Origin: Granulicella sp.
GTDB taxonomy: Bacteria; Acidobacteriota; Terriglobia; Terriglobales; Acidobacteriaceae
Assembly: GCA_025357875.1 (NCBI GenBank)
Contig: JANYLK010000030.1
Location: forward strand, 1,066 to 65,065
DNA: 64,000 bases
Direction: 5' to 3'
The notes beneath the pieces are model-generated. The model had not been told where the DNA came from, did not search any database, and saw nothing but the letters and a program-made list of their open reading frames with translations. Positions within the stretch are counted from its first letter, which is position 1, and each line of letters starts with the position of its first letter. The position numbers were made by a program, and so were the translations under genes. Of this stretch, positions 44,789 to 54,524 are shown piece by piece.

Positions 44789-46108
44789 TCAGTTATTCGT
44801 CCGCAGTTGTGCAATCACCTGCTCGGCATAAATCACTCCAGCGAGCTTCTTCTTCGTGTCCAGAACCGGCAGTGCGCGCAGGTTGTATTTATCGAATAGC
44901 TCGGCGACCTTCTTCGCACTTGCATGGATATCGCATGCCACAATGTGCTCGTCGGTCAGACCGGCCAGCGGACTATGCGGCTGCGCCAGCAATACCGTGA
45001 CCAATGGCACAACACCTCGCAGTACCTCCTGCTCATCCACGATGAAGATGTGAGTCAGCGTCTGCAGATCGCCTTCAAAGTCACGCAGCGCGGCAACTGC
45101 ATCGTCCACCGTAGCGCCCTGACCAAGCGAGATGTAGTCTTTCGTCATCTCGCCGGCGGCCGAGTCTCCCGAGAATTCAAGGAGTTCCTCGACGTTTTGG
45201 CGTTCCTCGGGATCCATCTCCCCCAAAATCGCCTCCGACCGCTCGTCCGGCAGTTCGGCCAGAAAGTCCGCAGCGGCAGCCGGGTCCATCTCTTCCACGA
45301 TGCCCGCAATGCGCTCCGAGTCCAGCGACTCGGTCAGCGCCTTTTGCATCCTTGGTTCAACCTCTTCGAGGGCCTCTGCTGCTATTCCTTCATCGAGCGA
45401 CGTGAACAGCGCCTGCCGTTCCGCCGGAGCAAGTTCTTCTAGGATGTCGGCAAGGTCCGACGGATGCATCTTCGCTAGCCGGTCCTGCTCGATCTTCAAT
45501 CGAACCCGGCGCGAAGGATCGCGGTCGATCAGGTCGACAAAATCCCACGGAATTACGCTGGTCCGAAAACGGCCCGAAGCGCGCTCCACTGCCGAGGCCG
45601 GCAGTCCTTTCAGGAGCCTGCGAATAGCGCCTCGTGTGCCCACCTCCACTTCAGCGATCCGCAACGACAGGGTACAGTGCTCGGACAGCTCTTTAACTCC
45701 GCAATCCGTACCATCCAATCCGCCGTCTCCTACGGCTTCCCACACCAGTTCCACATCGTTTACCCGCACCACCTTGTGCCCATGCACGTCGATGATTTGC
45801 TGGTCGAGCAGATCGCGCTCCAGCATCAGGAAGGAATCACCCTCCGGCATCAGCTTGGGTGTCGCTGCTCCCCGCATTCGGAGGCTGCCGGCAGAGGTCA
45901 TCTCCAGGTCGGCCACGGCGGCCATCGAATGCCGAGCCGTCCGACTGGCGCCGGCAAGCTTGAGCACCAGCGCACGGACGTGGTTCGCATCCTCCGGAGG
46001 GCACACCGCAAATTCGCGCACGTGTCCCAGTACGTGCCCGCTCGCGTCCTTGACGGGCGCGCCCATCAGCTCCGAAACACTCGTCATCTGGTGTGCATGT
46101 TTGGTCAT
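44789..46108 (-). CDS. Soluble PRC-barrel + MgtE N-domain + CBS-pair protein (no membrane domain)
   Basis: DLLDQQIIDVHGHKVVRVND, MHPSDLADILEEL, EMDPAAAADFLAEL, AAGEMTKDY and FDKYNLRALPV. It ends after the CBS pair. Confidence 0.85.
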   Translation of the reverse strand: MTKHAHQMTSVSELMGAPVKDASGHVLGHVREFAVCPPEDANHVRALVLKLAGASRTARHSMAAVADLEMTSAGSLRMRGAATPKLMPEGDSFLMLERDLLDQQIIDVHGHKVVRVNDVELVWEAVGDGGLDGTDCGVKELSEHCTLSLRIAEVEVGTRGAIRRLLKGLPASAVERASGRFRTSVIPWDFVDLIDRDPSRRVRLKIEQDRLAKMHPSDLADILEELAPAERQALFTSLDEGIAAEALEEVEPRMQKALTESLDSERIAGIVEEMDPAAAADFLAELPDERSEAILGEMDPEERQNVEELLEFSGDSAAGEMTKDYISLGQGATVDDAVAALRDFEGDLQTLTHIFIVDEQEVLRGVVPLVTVLLAQPHSPLAGLTDEHIVACDIHASAKKVAELFDKYNLRALPVLDTKKKLAGVIYAEQVIAQLRTNN

Positions 46109-46252
46109 ACGGTGCAGTTCGCCTTAATTGGTCAGGTAGATCCCGTATCCGCATCCTACCCCAGCAGGCTGTACTGCTGCCTGCTCGAAACTGATTTGCA
46201 ACGCCCGTCACCCACATCGACAACTACCTTGGGCGGAAATCGCCCAGACACC

Positions 46253-46281
46253 TTGACATTCGAGAAATCCACAAGCAAACT
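46253..46281 (+). promoter_or_regulatory. Possible sigma70-like promoter for rsbW-rsbV
   Basis: TTGACA, 17 nt, then CAAACT (weak -10), about 50 nt before the start. Confidence 0.35.
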
Positions 46282-46332
46282 GCCATCATTGCCTCGGTAT
46301 GTCCTGGATGTCGGCAGGCGTCCCACCAAAGG

Positions 46333-46779
46333 ATGAGATTGCCAGATTCCACCACAAGCCGCGCATCCCTCACACTCGGGTCAACCATCGATAGTGTTGA
46401 AGTAGTAGAAAGGACCGCCGAAGACTTCGCAGCACGCGCTGGCTTCGACGAGGATACTGTGCCAAACATCGCAATGGCAGTGCGCGAAGCCGCCGTCAAC
46501 GCCGTCCTGCACGGCAATGCGTACGATCCGACAAAGCACATCACAGCCTCCTTCGAAGCAAACTCAGACTCACTTATTGTTCGCATCGCGGACCAGGGGC
46601 CAGGTCTCGATCCAGACACCGTCCCCGATCCTCTTGCCCCGGAAAATATCCTCCGAGGCTCCGGGCGCGGCATCTTTCTCATCAGAGCTTTTATGGATGA
46701 GGTACACTTTCGCCAGTTGCATCCCGGCACCGAACTCACTCTCATCAAACACCGAATACCGGCCCAGCCGCCGGCCTAA
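46333..46779 (+). CDS. Anti-sigma factor Ser/Thr kinase (RsbW-like)
   Basis: AVREAAVNAVLHGN, IADQGPG and GSGRGIFLI (GHKL motifs). Confidence 0.88.
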   Translation: MRLPDSTTSRASLTLGSTIDSVEVVERTAEDFAARAGFDEDTVPNIAMAVREAAVNAVLHGNAYDPTKHITASFEANSDSLIVRIADQGPGLDPDTVPDPLAPENILRGSGRGIFLIRAFMDEVHFRQLHPGTELTLIKHRIPAQPPA

Positions 46780-46808
46780 TCCCAAAAGATCTTAAAGGAG
46801 ACATACGT

Positions 46809-47153
46809 ATGAGCATGAAAGTTGCAACCCGCCAGGTAGACGGAGTCACCATCCTCGACCTCAGTGGCCGCATTACCCTGGGAGAAGGCAGTGTTACATT
46901 GCGCGATACCGTCCACGACGCGACCGCTAAAGGATCCAAGCACATCCTGCTCAACCTGGAGAACATCAGCTACATAGACAGCTCCGGCATCGGCGAGCTG
47001 GTCAGCGCATTTACGTCGGTCAAGAATTCGGGCGGCGAGTTGAAGCTTCTGAACCTCACCAAGAAGGTCCACGACTTGCTGCAGATCACCAAGCTCTACA
47101 CGGTCTTCGACATCTGGGATAACGAGGCTTCAGCCGTTAGCGCCTTCAAATAG
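46809..47153 (+). CDS. Anti-sigma factor antagonist (STAS, RsbV/SpoIIAA-like)
   Basis: ILDLSGRI, YIDSSGIGELV (phospho-Ser) and LLQITKL. Confidence 0.92.
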   Translation: MSMKVATRQVDGVTILDLSGRITLGEGSVTLRDTVHDATAKGSKHILLNLENISYIDSSGIGELVSAFTSVKNSGGELKLLNLTKKVHDLLQITKLYTVFDIWDNEASAVSAFK

Positions 47154-47217
47154 CACGAAGCGATTCTCTTCGCTCTTGCGCCAGCCTATGCCTGCACAAA
47201 ATTATTCGCAGCAATAG

Positions 47218-47248
47218 AAAGGCCGCCCAGATGAATCGGGCGGCCTTT
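47218..47248. terminator. Bidirectional intrinsic terminator between the STAS gene and lemA
   Basis: aaaggccgccc, 9-nt loop, gggcggccttt: an 11-bp stem between convergent genes. Confidence 0.85.
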
Positions 47249-47265
47249 GTGTTGTCTCTTGTAAT

Positions 47266-47850
47266 TTACTTGGAGAAGTCCACAGTCGGCGCAGTCGAGT
47301 TCGCCGGATTGCCCTTAAAGTATTCATCCCGATAGTGATACCCCGCCATCCCCGCCCAGATGCTGTTGGGGAACTGCTTCACGTAGACGTTGTAATCCTC
47401 GAGCGTCTTGTTATATCGCTGCCGCTCCACTGCAATGCGATTCTCCGTTCCCGCCAACTCGTCTGTGAGACGCGTGAACTGCTCATTGCCCTTGAGATTT
47501 GGATACGCCTCCTGCAGTCGAAACAGCGGGACGATTGCCGCGCTCAGTTGTTGGTTGGCCTGAATGCTGCCAGGCCGGTTTCCTGCCGCCGCCAACACTC
47601 CGGCACGCGCATTCGCGATGTTAGTCAGCACAGTTGACTCTTCCGCAACGTAGCCCTTGACGCTGGCCACCAGGTTCGGAATCAGGTCCAGCCGCCGCTG
47701 CTGCTGCACATCTACCTGCGCATAAGCCTGATCGACGGCCTCATTTTTCGCGACCAGCGTGTTCTTTGTGCTCACGTAGCTTCCGCCAACAAACAGCAGG
47801 ACCACCACGATCAATGCCAGTACGCCCAGTCCAACCCACAAACCTTTCAT
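47266..47850 (-). CDS. lemA: LemA family protein
   Basis: N-terminal TM, QRRLDLIPNLV.SVKGY, EAYPNLK, ELAGTENRIAVERQRYN and FPNSI. Confidence 0.93.
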   Translation of the reverse strand: MKGLWVGLGVLALIVVVLLFVGGSYVSTKNTLVAKNEAVDQAYAQVDVQQQRRLDLIPNLVASVKGYVAEESTVLTNIANARAGVLAAAGNRPGSIQANQQLSAAIVPLFRLQEAYPNLKGNEQFTRLTDELAGTENRIAVERQRYNKTLEDYNVYVKQFPNSIWAGMAGYHYRDEYFKGNPANSTAPTVDFSK

Positions 47851-47920
47851 AATCCCTCTACTTTCCGTTTGACTTTACAGTCATTACGTCAGATTCCGTA
47901 TCCCTGTTCCCTATATCTTC

Positions 47921-48736
47921 TCAGAAGTCGCCACTTGCGCCACCTCCACCGGAACTTCCGCCACCAAAGCCGCCAAAACCGCCGCCCTCGCCTCCACCGC
48001 CGCCGCCGAACCCGCCACCGCCGCGGCCCCCACCGACGCCGAGGATGTTGAACAGGATGAAGAACAGCATCCCTATATGCCCGGTGCGGATTAGCACTCC
48101 AAGCACCACCACCACAACCCCGCCGAACAACAGCACCTGGAAGAGGCTCAACTGTACCTGTGGCTGCTCTCGACGGTACGTGTGAACCTCAGGCGACCCG
48201 CTTGCGTCCTCGGTCAGCGCCACTCCTGCGTCCGCCGCGATGTCGTGCGCGAGGTCATGAACCCCGAGCGAGATCCCCTGGTTGTAGTCATCCGTGTGGA
48301 GAAACGGCGCCATCTCTCGACCGATATCCCCCACCTTTGCATCGTTCAGCAGCCCTTCCAAACCGTAACCAACTTCAATCCGATATTTCCTGGGGCTCAA
48401 CGAAACAACCAGCAGGACGCCGCGGTCGGTGCCTTTCTTTCCCACCTTCCACTTGTCTTCCAGCGCGGTCGCAAACTCCTCAATCGACGGAACCGCGCCT
48501 GATTTGTCCGCGTCTATCGACTTCACAGTGACCACGGCAATTTGCGCGTGCGCGTTATGATCCACCTGCGTGCACAGATCTTCCAGCGCTTGCTTAGTCT
48601 CCGGCGTCAATACTCCGGCAAAATCGCTGACATAGCCGGACGGGTCGGGCAAAGAGGCCACGGCCTCCGCACGCATAGCTCGTACAGGGACTACAGCCAA
48701 AACTAATAAGATCAACCAACGCAAATTCCGAAGCAT
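47921..48736 (-). CDS. TPM domain protein (YgcG family) with Gly-rich tail
   Basis: YVSDFAGVL, RIEVGYGLEG and a terminal GGSSGGGGASGDF. Next to lemA. Start moved to ATG 48736. Confidence 0.9.
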   Translation of the reverse strand: MLRNLRWLILLVLAVVPVRAMRAEAVASLPDPSGYVSDFAGVLTPETKQALEDLCTQVDHNAHAQIAVVTVKSIDADKSGAVPSIEEFATALEDKWKVGKKGTDRGVLLVVSLSPRKYRIEVGYGLEGLLNDAKVGDIGREMAPFLHTDDYNQGISLGVHDLAHDIAADAGVALTEDASGSPEVHTYRREQPQVQLSLFQVLLFGGVVVVVLGVLIRTGHIGMLFFILFNILGVGGGRGGGGFGGGGGGEGGGFGGFGGGSSGGGGASGDF

Positions 48737-48758
48737 TTCCCACCATTCTAACGCGCGC

Positions 48759-48791
48759 AAAAGAGCAGAGGAGCCCGCAGGCTCCCTTGCT
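48759..48791 (-). terminator. Intrinsic terminator downstream of the DUF4142 gene
   Basis: Minus strand: agca..ggagcc-tgcg-ggctcc..tgct followed by ctttt. Confidence 0.6.
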
Positions 48792-48809
48792 ATCTACGCG
48801 GAGCTGCTC

Positions 48810-49526
48810 CTATTTCGATGCAGTTGTAGCTGTTGGACGTGGCGGACGCGGTGGCAGCGTAATTCCCTGGTCTTTCGCGACGTTTCCTATCAGGCCAAGA
48901 TGTTGATGCATCATCCCCATCCCCTTCACCACTTCCGAAGCAAGCTCCTGATCGGCTGCCACCGACGCTTCCATATGAAAGGCGTGCAGATCCGCATAGT
49001 GCGTCTTCGCCATAAAGGTCAGATATTCTGTGTCGAAATCCTTGCCCGAAAGCCCGTTTAACTTGTCGTACTCCGTCTGCGCGTCCTTATTGATCTTCCT
49101 GGGCAGCATCACTCCCAACGAATCCGCGACCGAGCCCATCTCCCTGTTCATCGTGGTGTGGTCATCGACCATCTTTTGCGCTAGTTCTTTCACTCCAGGG
49201 CCACCCTTTTCCGCCGCAAGCGATCCCAGTTTCACATCTGCTAACCCATTCTCCGCAGCAGTACGCAGGAACTGCTTGTCCATCATCTGCTGACCTGTCT
49301 GTCCCGGAGCGCCGAGCGAATCTCGCATCGATCCAGCCGGACTCGTCTGCGCGCCGGTCGGGGGCGTCGAACCGGACTGGTTGGTCGGCTGGTTCATCCC
49401 CTGAGGCGACTGAGGGTACTGCCCGGGACTTGGGTTCGCGGGCGGTTCCATCTGAGCAAGCAGGACTGAAGGTGCCAGCACTACCAACGATGCAACCACC
49501 GCAAAACACACGCGTTTCGTATTCAT
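48810..49526 (-). CDS. DUF4142 domain secreted protein
   Basis: Signal peptide, Pro/Gln-rich linker, DKQFLRTAAENGLADVKLG, AQKMVDDH and LSGKDFDTEYL. Confidence 0.85.
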   Translation of the reverse strand: MNTKRVCFAVVASLVVLAPSVLLAQMEPPANPSPGQYPQSPQGMNQPTNQSGSTPPTGAQTSPAGSMRDSLGAPGQTGQQMMDKQFLRTAAENGLADVKLGSLAAEKGGPGVKELAQKMVDDHTTMNREMGSVADSLGVMLPRKINKDAQTEYDKLNGLSGKDFDTEYLTFMAKTHYADLHAFHMEASVAADQELASEVVKGMGMMHQHLGLIGNVAKDQGITLPPRPPRPTATTASK

Positions 49527-49786
49527 CGAATGAAATCCTCCATCTGACCTACATTGCAATGCTGCTTCTCAAAATGCCGAGCTTACCAGTACTACTTAGT
49601 CCGCGCTGCCTAAGTTGTCCGGTTGGGGAAAACTTGATAGCGGAGTACCTGATTCGCGACGCCGCTCCAATTCCCGTCACTGGAGCGTTATCCTATCCCC
49701 ATACGCTGCGAAGTGGCAACACCTTCTTGCGTAGCGTTCCACCCCATCACGATCTCATCCAAAACCGCTAGGAGTCCTGCCCAGCA

Positions 49787-52039
49787 ATGCCTGACTTTGC
49801 CGCCGTGCCCGAAAAATCGATGCAATCCTCCCAGCCGCCAGTAGCTCGCCGCGAACCCAAGCCGACCACGCTCCATGGCGTGACCCTCCAGGACGACTAC
49901 GGATGGATGCGGGATAAAAGTTCGCCAGAGACGCTCGCCTATCTCGAAGCCGAGAATGCATACACCGCCGCCGCCATGGCGACGACTGCCAACCTGCAGG
50001 CGAAGCTTTATTCCGAGATGCTCTCTCACGTCAAGGAGACAGACGAATCCATTCCCTACCGCCTAGGTGGATGGTTTTATTCGACTCGCACGCTCGAAGG
50101 CTGCCAGTATGCCATTCACTGCCGCCGCCAAGCAACCAATGCCGACCAGAACTCAAAGATCGATCCGTCGCAGCCAGAGCAGGTAATCCTTGACGTCAAT
50201 GCGCTGGCCGAAGGCAAGGCCTTCATGTCGGTCGGAAGTATGGCAATCAGCCCAGACGGCAACCTACTTGCCTACTCAACCGACCCCACCGGATACCGCC
50301 AATACACGTTACATATTCGCGACCTCCGCACCAAAGCCGATCTCTTTGATACCGCCGAGCGCGTCGGCACGCTGGTCTGGGCCGCAGACTCGCGCACGCT
50401 CTTCTACTCGACCGAGGACGAAACCACCAAGCGCCAGGACCACATCTTTCGCCACACCCTAGGCTCCGCCGCTGCCGATGACACTGTCGTTCTCTATGAG
50501 CAAGACGAGCGCTTCAATCTGGGCATAGGCCGCACCCGCGATGGCCTCTACCTGATGATTGAAGCCGGCAGCCACACCACGAATGAATACCGCTGCCTAG
50601 ACTCCGCCAACCCCACCGGCGAGTTCAGTCTCATCGCCCCCCGCCTATACGACCAGGAGTATTACCCCGACCACCGCGACGGTTTGTTCTTCATCCGCGT
50701 CAACGACACTGGCAAGAACTTCCGCGTCGTCACCGCTCGTCCATCGGCACCCGGACGCGCGCATTGGGGCGAGTTGATCGCCCTCGACCCCATTCACCCG
50801 CTGGAAGACTTCGACCTCTTCCAATCCTTCGCCGTAACCACGCGCCGCAAGCTAGGCCTGCCCATCCTAGAAGTCCTTCGCTTTAAGGACGCAACTCCCC
50901 ACCACATTCCGGTTGCCCCATCCTTAGCGGCATCATCGCTAATGGTGGGATCCACATCGTCCACACAACCAACTTTCGCATCACCCATAGCCATCGCCTT
51001 TCCAGAGCCAACCTACTCCGCCGGGTCGCACGTCAACCGCATTTTCTCCACCGACGTCTACCGCTACAGCTACCAGTCGCTGGTCTCACCGCCCTCAGTC
51101 TACGAATACAACATAGCCCGCGACTCCGACGAGACACCCATCGGCCAATCGAAGCTGCTCAAGCAGCAGGAAGTCCCTGGAGGCTTCGATCCTGCCCTCT
51201 ACGCCTCCGAACGCATCTGGATTGAAGCGCCGGATGCAGTCTCGCAAACCGGCTCCATCCCAGTGCCCACGTCCATCGTCTACCGCCGTGATACTTTCCA
51301 TCGCGACGGCACCAACCCGCTCTACATCTATGGATACGGCTCCTACGGCTACCCGCTGCCCGTAGGATTCTCGCCCACACGCCTCTCGCTACTCGATCGT
51401 GGCGTTGTCATGGTCTACGCGCACATTCGCGGTGGCGGCGAACTCGGCGACGCTTGGCACGACGCTGGCAAGATGGCCGTGAAGCGCAACACCTTCACCG
51501 ATTTCATCGCAGTCACCGAGCAGCTAATCGCGCAGAAATACGGCGCAGCCAACCGCGTCGCCATCGAAGGAGGCAGTGCTGGCGGACTGCTCATGGGCGC
51601 AGTCGTCAACATGCGCCCCGACTTATTCAGCGTCGTCCTCTCCCATGTCCCCTTCGTCGACATCATGAACACCATGCTCGACGCCACCCTTCCGCTCACC
51701 GTGGCCGAGTACGAAGAATGGGGCAACCCCAACGAGCCCGAAGCCTTCGCCACCATGCTCAGCTACTCGCCCTACGACAACCTTGAAAAGCTATCGGGCG
51801 CGCCCATTCCAGCGATGTTGGTAAAGACCAGCCTGAACGACTCGCAGGTCATGTATTGGGAGCCTGCAAAATACATCGCGCGTCTTCGCACTCTGAAGAA
51901 GAACCACACCCCGCTCCTCCTCCACATCAACATGGATGCAGGCCACGGTGGAGCCTCGGGCCGCTACGACTACCTGAAAGAAATCGCCTTCGACTACGCG
52001 TTCCTGCTCACCCAATTAGGTGTCGTCACCACACCATAA
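49787..52039 (+). CDS. ptrB: Oligopeptidase B (S9A serine peptidase)
   Basis: DDYGWMR, YGYGSYG, HIRGGGELG, catalytic GGSAGG, NDSQV and AGHGGASGR. Confidence 0.92.
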   Translation: MPDFAAVPEKSMQSSQPPVARREPKPTTLHGVTLQDDYGWMRDKSSPETLAYLEAENAYTAAAMATTANLQAKLYSEMLSHVKETDESIPYRLGGWFYSTRTLEGCQYAIHCRRQATNADQNSKIDPSQPEQVILDVNALAEGKAFMSVGSMAISPDGNLLAYSTDPTGYRQYTLHIRDLRTKADLFDTAERVGTLVWAADSRTLFYSTEDETTKRQDHIFRHTLGSAAADDTVVLYEQDERFNLGIGRTRDGLYLMIEAGSHTTNEYRCLDSANPTGEFSLIAPRLYDQEYYPDHRDGLFFIRVNDTGKNFRVVTARPSAPGRAHWGELIALDPIHPLEDFDLFQSFAVTTRRKLGLPILEVLRFKDATPHHIPVAPSLAASSLMVGSTSSTQPTFASPIAIAFPEPTYSAGSHVNRIFSTDVYRYSYQSLVSPPSVYEYNIARDSDETPIGQSKLLKQQEVPGGFDPALYASERIWIEAPDAVSQTGSIPVPTSIVYRRDTFHRDGTNPLYIYGYGSYGYPLPVGFSPTRLSLLDRGVVMVYAHIRGGGELGDAWHDAGKMAVKRNTFTDFIAVTEQLIAQKYGAANRVAIEGGSAGGLLMGAVVNMRPDLFSVVLSHVPFVDIMNTMLDATLPLTVAEYEEWGNPNEPEAFATMLSYSPYDNLEKLSGAPIPAMLVKTSLNDSQVMYWEPAKYIARLRTLKKNHTPLLLHINMDAGHGGASGRYDYLKEIAFDYAFLLTQLGVVTTP
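50911..50951. repeat. REP-like palindrome inside the ptrB coding sequence
   Basis: ggttg-c-cccatcc-ttagcg-gcatcat-cgctaa-tggtggg-at: a 13-bp imperfect stem, in a low-complexity loop of the protein. Confidence 0.5.
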
Positions 52040-52052
52040 CTGCTCAACGCGG

Positions 52053-52092
52053 TTGTCAGTCTGAGCACAGCCAAGAATCCCCGCACTTTGCC
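52053..52092. repeat. Degenerate intergenic REP-like element
   Basis: ttgtcagtctgagcacagccaagaatccccgcactttgcc resembles the TGTCATTCTGAGCGxAGCGAAGAATCCC repeats I recall from acidobacterial genomes. Only one copy is in this window. Confidence 0.3.
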
Positions 52093-52127
52093 TCTAGCGC
52101 TCCGCTGCGCCGATAATCGAGGGCGTC

Positions 52128-54035
52128 CTACCCAGCCGCCGCTTCTTCTTCCACCTTATCGCCCTCACCGGGCGCCAAAAACAGATTCATCTCCAGCCCA
52201 TGCTGCCGCGTGTAAAGGTCGTAATATCGTCCACCCAACTGGTAAAGCGACTCATGCGTCCCGCGCTCCTGAATCAACCCAGCCTCGATCACCAATATCT
52301 GGTCTGCCCGCCGAATCGTCGACAGCCGATGCGCAATCACAAACGTCGTCCGTCCTTGCATCAGGTGATTCAACCCACCCTGAATCATCGCCTCCGACTC
52401 CGAATCCAGCGAGCTAGTCGCCTCATCCAGAATCAGGATCCGTGGGTCCGCCAGGATCGCCCGCGCAATCGACAGTCGCTGCCTCTGCCCGCCAGAAAGC
52501 TTAACTCCGCGCTCTCCCACAATCGTTTCGTAACCATCAGGAAACTTCTCAGCAAACTCATCCACCCGTGCAATCCGACACGCCTCCATCAGCTGCTCTT
52601 CCGTCGCCTCAGGACGCGAGAACTTCACATTCTCGCGAATCGTACCGTCAAACAGAAAAGTCTCCTGCAACACCACTCCAAGCTGCTGCCTGTAGCTGCT
52701 CAAGCGGATCGAGGTTAGATCCTGCCCGTCGATCAATATTTGCCCACTCGTCGCATTGTGGAATCCGCAGATTAGCGAGATGATCGTCGACTTGCCCGAT
52801 CCGGACGAACCCACCAGCGCAGTTACCTTTCCTGGCTTGGACTCGAAGCTGATGCCGTGCAGCACCGGCTTGCCTGCCTCATACTCGAATCGCACATCCT
52901 CAAACGCAACGTCGCCGCGAATATGTCCGGCCGAGTTCGTCCGCCCCGGCTCAGAATCCTCTTCGCGTTCACTCAATATTTCATTCGTCCGATCAAGTCC
53001 CGCCAGCGCCTCGGTCAACTGCGTGCCAATATTCACCAGTTGCACAATCGGCGCAATCATGAACGCTAGCAGCATCGTGAACTTCACGTACATGCCTACA
53101 TCCAGCCGCCCAGCCTGGTTCTCGTGCGCGCCCAGGTACATGATCAGTCCGCCCACAACACCCAGCACCATGGTCGATGACAAGGTCATAAGAGACTGCG
53201 CGGTCAGTGAGCTGATCACATTATCCAGCAATCGCTTCACGCCTGCCGCGAATACATTCGCCTCGCTCGCCTCCGCGTGATATCCCTTCACCACGCGTAC
53301 TCCGCCCAGCGATTCGGTCAACCGTCCCGTCACCTCGGCATTGATCTTCGCTCGTTCTCGGAAGATCGGCCGAATCGTTTTGAATGCGCGCTGCAGAATC
53401 ACCCCAAACACAAGCAGAATCGCAAAGGTCAGCAGAGTCATGCGCACATTGGTGTGGATCAAAATCCCCAGCGCGATGAATGCGGTCAACACGCCGCCCA
53501 CAAAATCCAGCAGCCCAGTACCCACAAGGTTGCGCACACCCTCCACGTCGGACATGATCCGAGCCACCAGCGTGCCCGTCCGATTCTCGTCATAGAACGC
53601 CACAGGCAGCCGGCCAATATGCGCCTGTACCTTCATGCGAAGTTCCGAGATCAGCCTCTGCCCCTCAGTCGAGAGCAACTGCGTCAACGCATAGGACGAA
53701 ATTGCCTGCAGGAACACTGCCCCAGCGACTGCCCCGATAATCCGCGGCAGCTCATCCATCTTCCCTTTGCGCATCACATCGTTGATGAAAGGCTGAGAAG
53801 AGAGTGGCAGCACAAAGCTGCACGCCCGGTTCACCACCATAAGGCAGAAGCTTCCTGCGATCAGCCACTTCCGCGGCTTCATCAGCGCTATTACTTCCGG
53901 AAGCACCTTTTTCAGCTCAGGCTTGGGCCGTTTCGCCGTCAGATCCGCGACAACCGCGCGCCCTGTACCCCGGCTCGGCCGGTCCCCCGCGGGCATACCA
54001 CTGCCCATACCGTGTGATCCAAACGAAGAAGACAT
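52128..54035 (-). CDS. ABC exporter, fused permease + ATPase (MsbA/Mdl-like)
   Basis: Six-TM domain, GSSGSGKS, LSGGQRQR, ILDEATSSLD and IAHRLSTI. Confidence 0.93.
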   Translation of the reverse strand: MSSSFGSHGMGSGMPAGDRPSRGTGRAVVADLTAKRPKPELKKVLPEVIALMKPRKWLIAGSFCLMVVNRACSFVLPLSSQPFINDVMRKGKMDELPRIIGAVAGAVFLQAISSYALTQLLSTEGQRLISELRMKVQAHIGRLPVAFYDENRTGTLVARIMSDVEGVRNLVGTGLLDFVGGVLTAFIALGILIHTNVRMTLLTFAILLVFGVILQRAFKTIRPIFRERAKINAEVTGRLTESLGGVRVVKGYHAEASEANVFAAGVKRLLDNVISSLTAQSLMTLSSTMVLGVVGGLIMYLGAHENQAGRLDVGMYVKFTMLLAFMIAPIVQLVNIGTQLTEALAGLDRTNEILSEREEDSEPGRTNSAGHIRGDVAFEDVRFEYEAGKPVLHGISFESKPGKVTALVGSSGSGKSTIISLICGFHNATSGQILIDGQDLTSIRLSSYRQQLGVVLQETFLFDGTIRENVKFSRPEATEEQLMEACRIARVDEFAEKFPDGYETIVGERGVKLSGGQRQRLSIARAILADPRILILDEATSSLDSESEAMIQGGLNHLMQGRTTFVIAHRLSTIRRADQILVIEAGLIQERGTHESLYQLGGRYYDLYTRQHGLEMNLFLAPGEGDKVEEEAAAG

Positions 54036-54097
54036 ACTTATTGGAGTGTACCGCGTGCTCGAGAGTTTCAGGCATTCTCAGCCATCCGCCGCAGTAA

Positions 54098-54481
54098 CTA
54101 GGCCGCCAGCTTCCCACCTCGCCGCGCCGCAATAAACGACCGCACGCACAGCCCTACGAACACAAGGCAGATCGCCGCCATGGCAACCTGGGACTCGACC
54201 GCCGCCGGATGCGCCAGCGGTGCTCCGTGCGCCCTCACCGTCTCGACAACCGCCATCACTCCGGCTCCCAAAAATCCAAGCAGCCCCGCCGTCACTGCGA
54301 CGTGCATCCAAAGCATCCGCCGCTTCGCGTCCTGCGTGTGCGCAAGAATGCCCGACCAGGCCAGCACCAGGCCGAAGTACGCCGGGATCAACGCCGTCGG
54401 GTGCACAGCCCCGGTAGCAAAAAATCCCCACGCACCAATCGCAATCAACAAAATCCCAAACCCAATCGTCAGCTTCGCCAT
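54098..54481 (-). CDS. Small 4-TM membrane protein (TMEM14-like pattern)
   Basis: Start ATG 54481 with GAGGAA RBS. Four short hydrophobic helices; TALIPAYFG motif. Confidence 0.7.
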   Translation of the reverse strand: MAKLTIGFGILLIAIGAWGFFATGAVHPTALIPAYFGLVLAWSGILAHTQDAKRRMLWMHVAVTAGLLGFLGAGVMAVVETVRAHGAPLAHPAAVESQVAMAAICLVFVGLCVRSFIAARRGGKLAA

Positions 54482-54524
54482 CACTTCCTCACTCTTTCTT
54501 CCTTCTCGCAAATCTTTACGAAGA

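Noticed and set aside
46109-46332. M-box or other Mg-sensing riboswitch upstream of the MgtE-domain gene
   Set aside because: Only a short gggcg/cgccc hairpin is present, with no recognisable riboswitch consensus. An Rfam scan would be needed.
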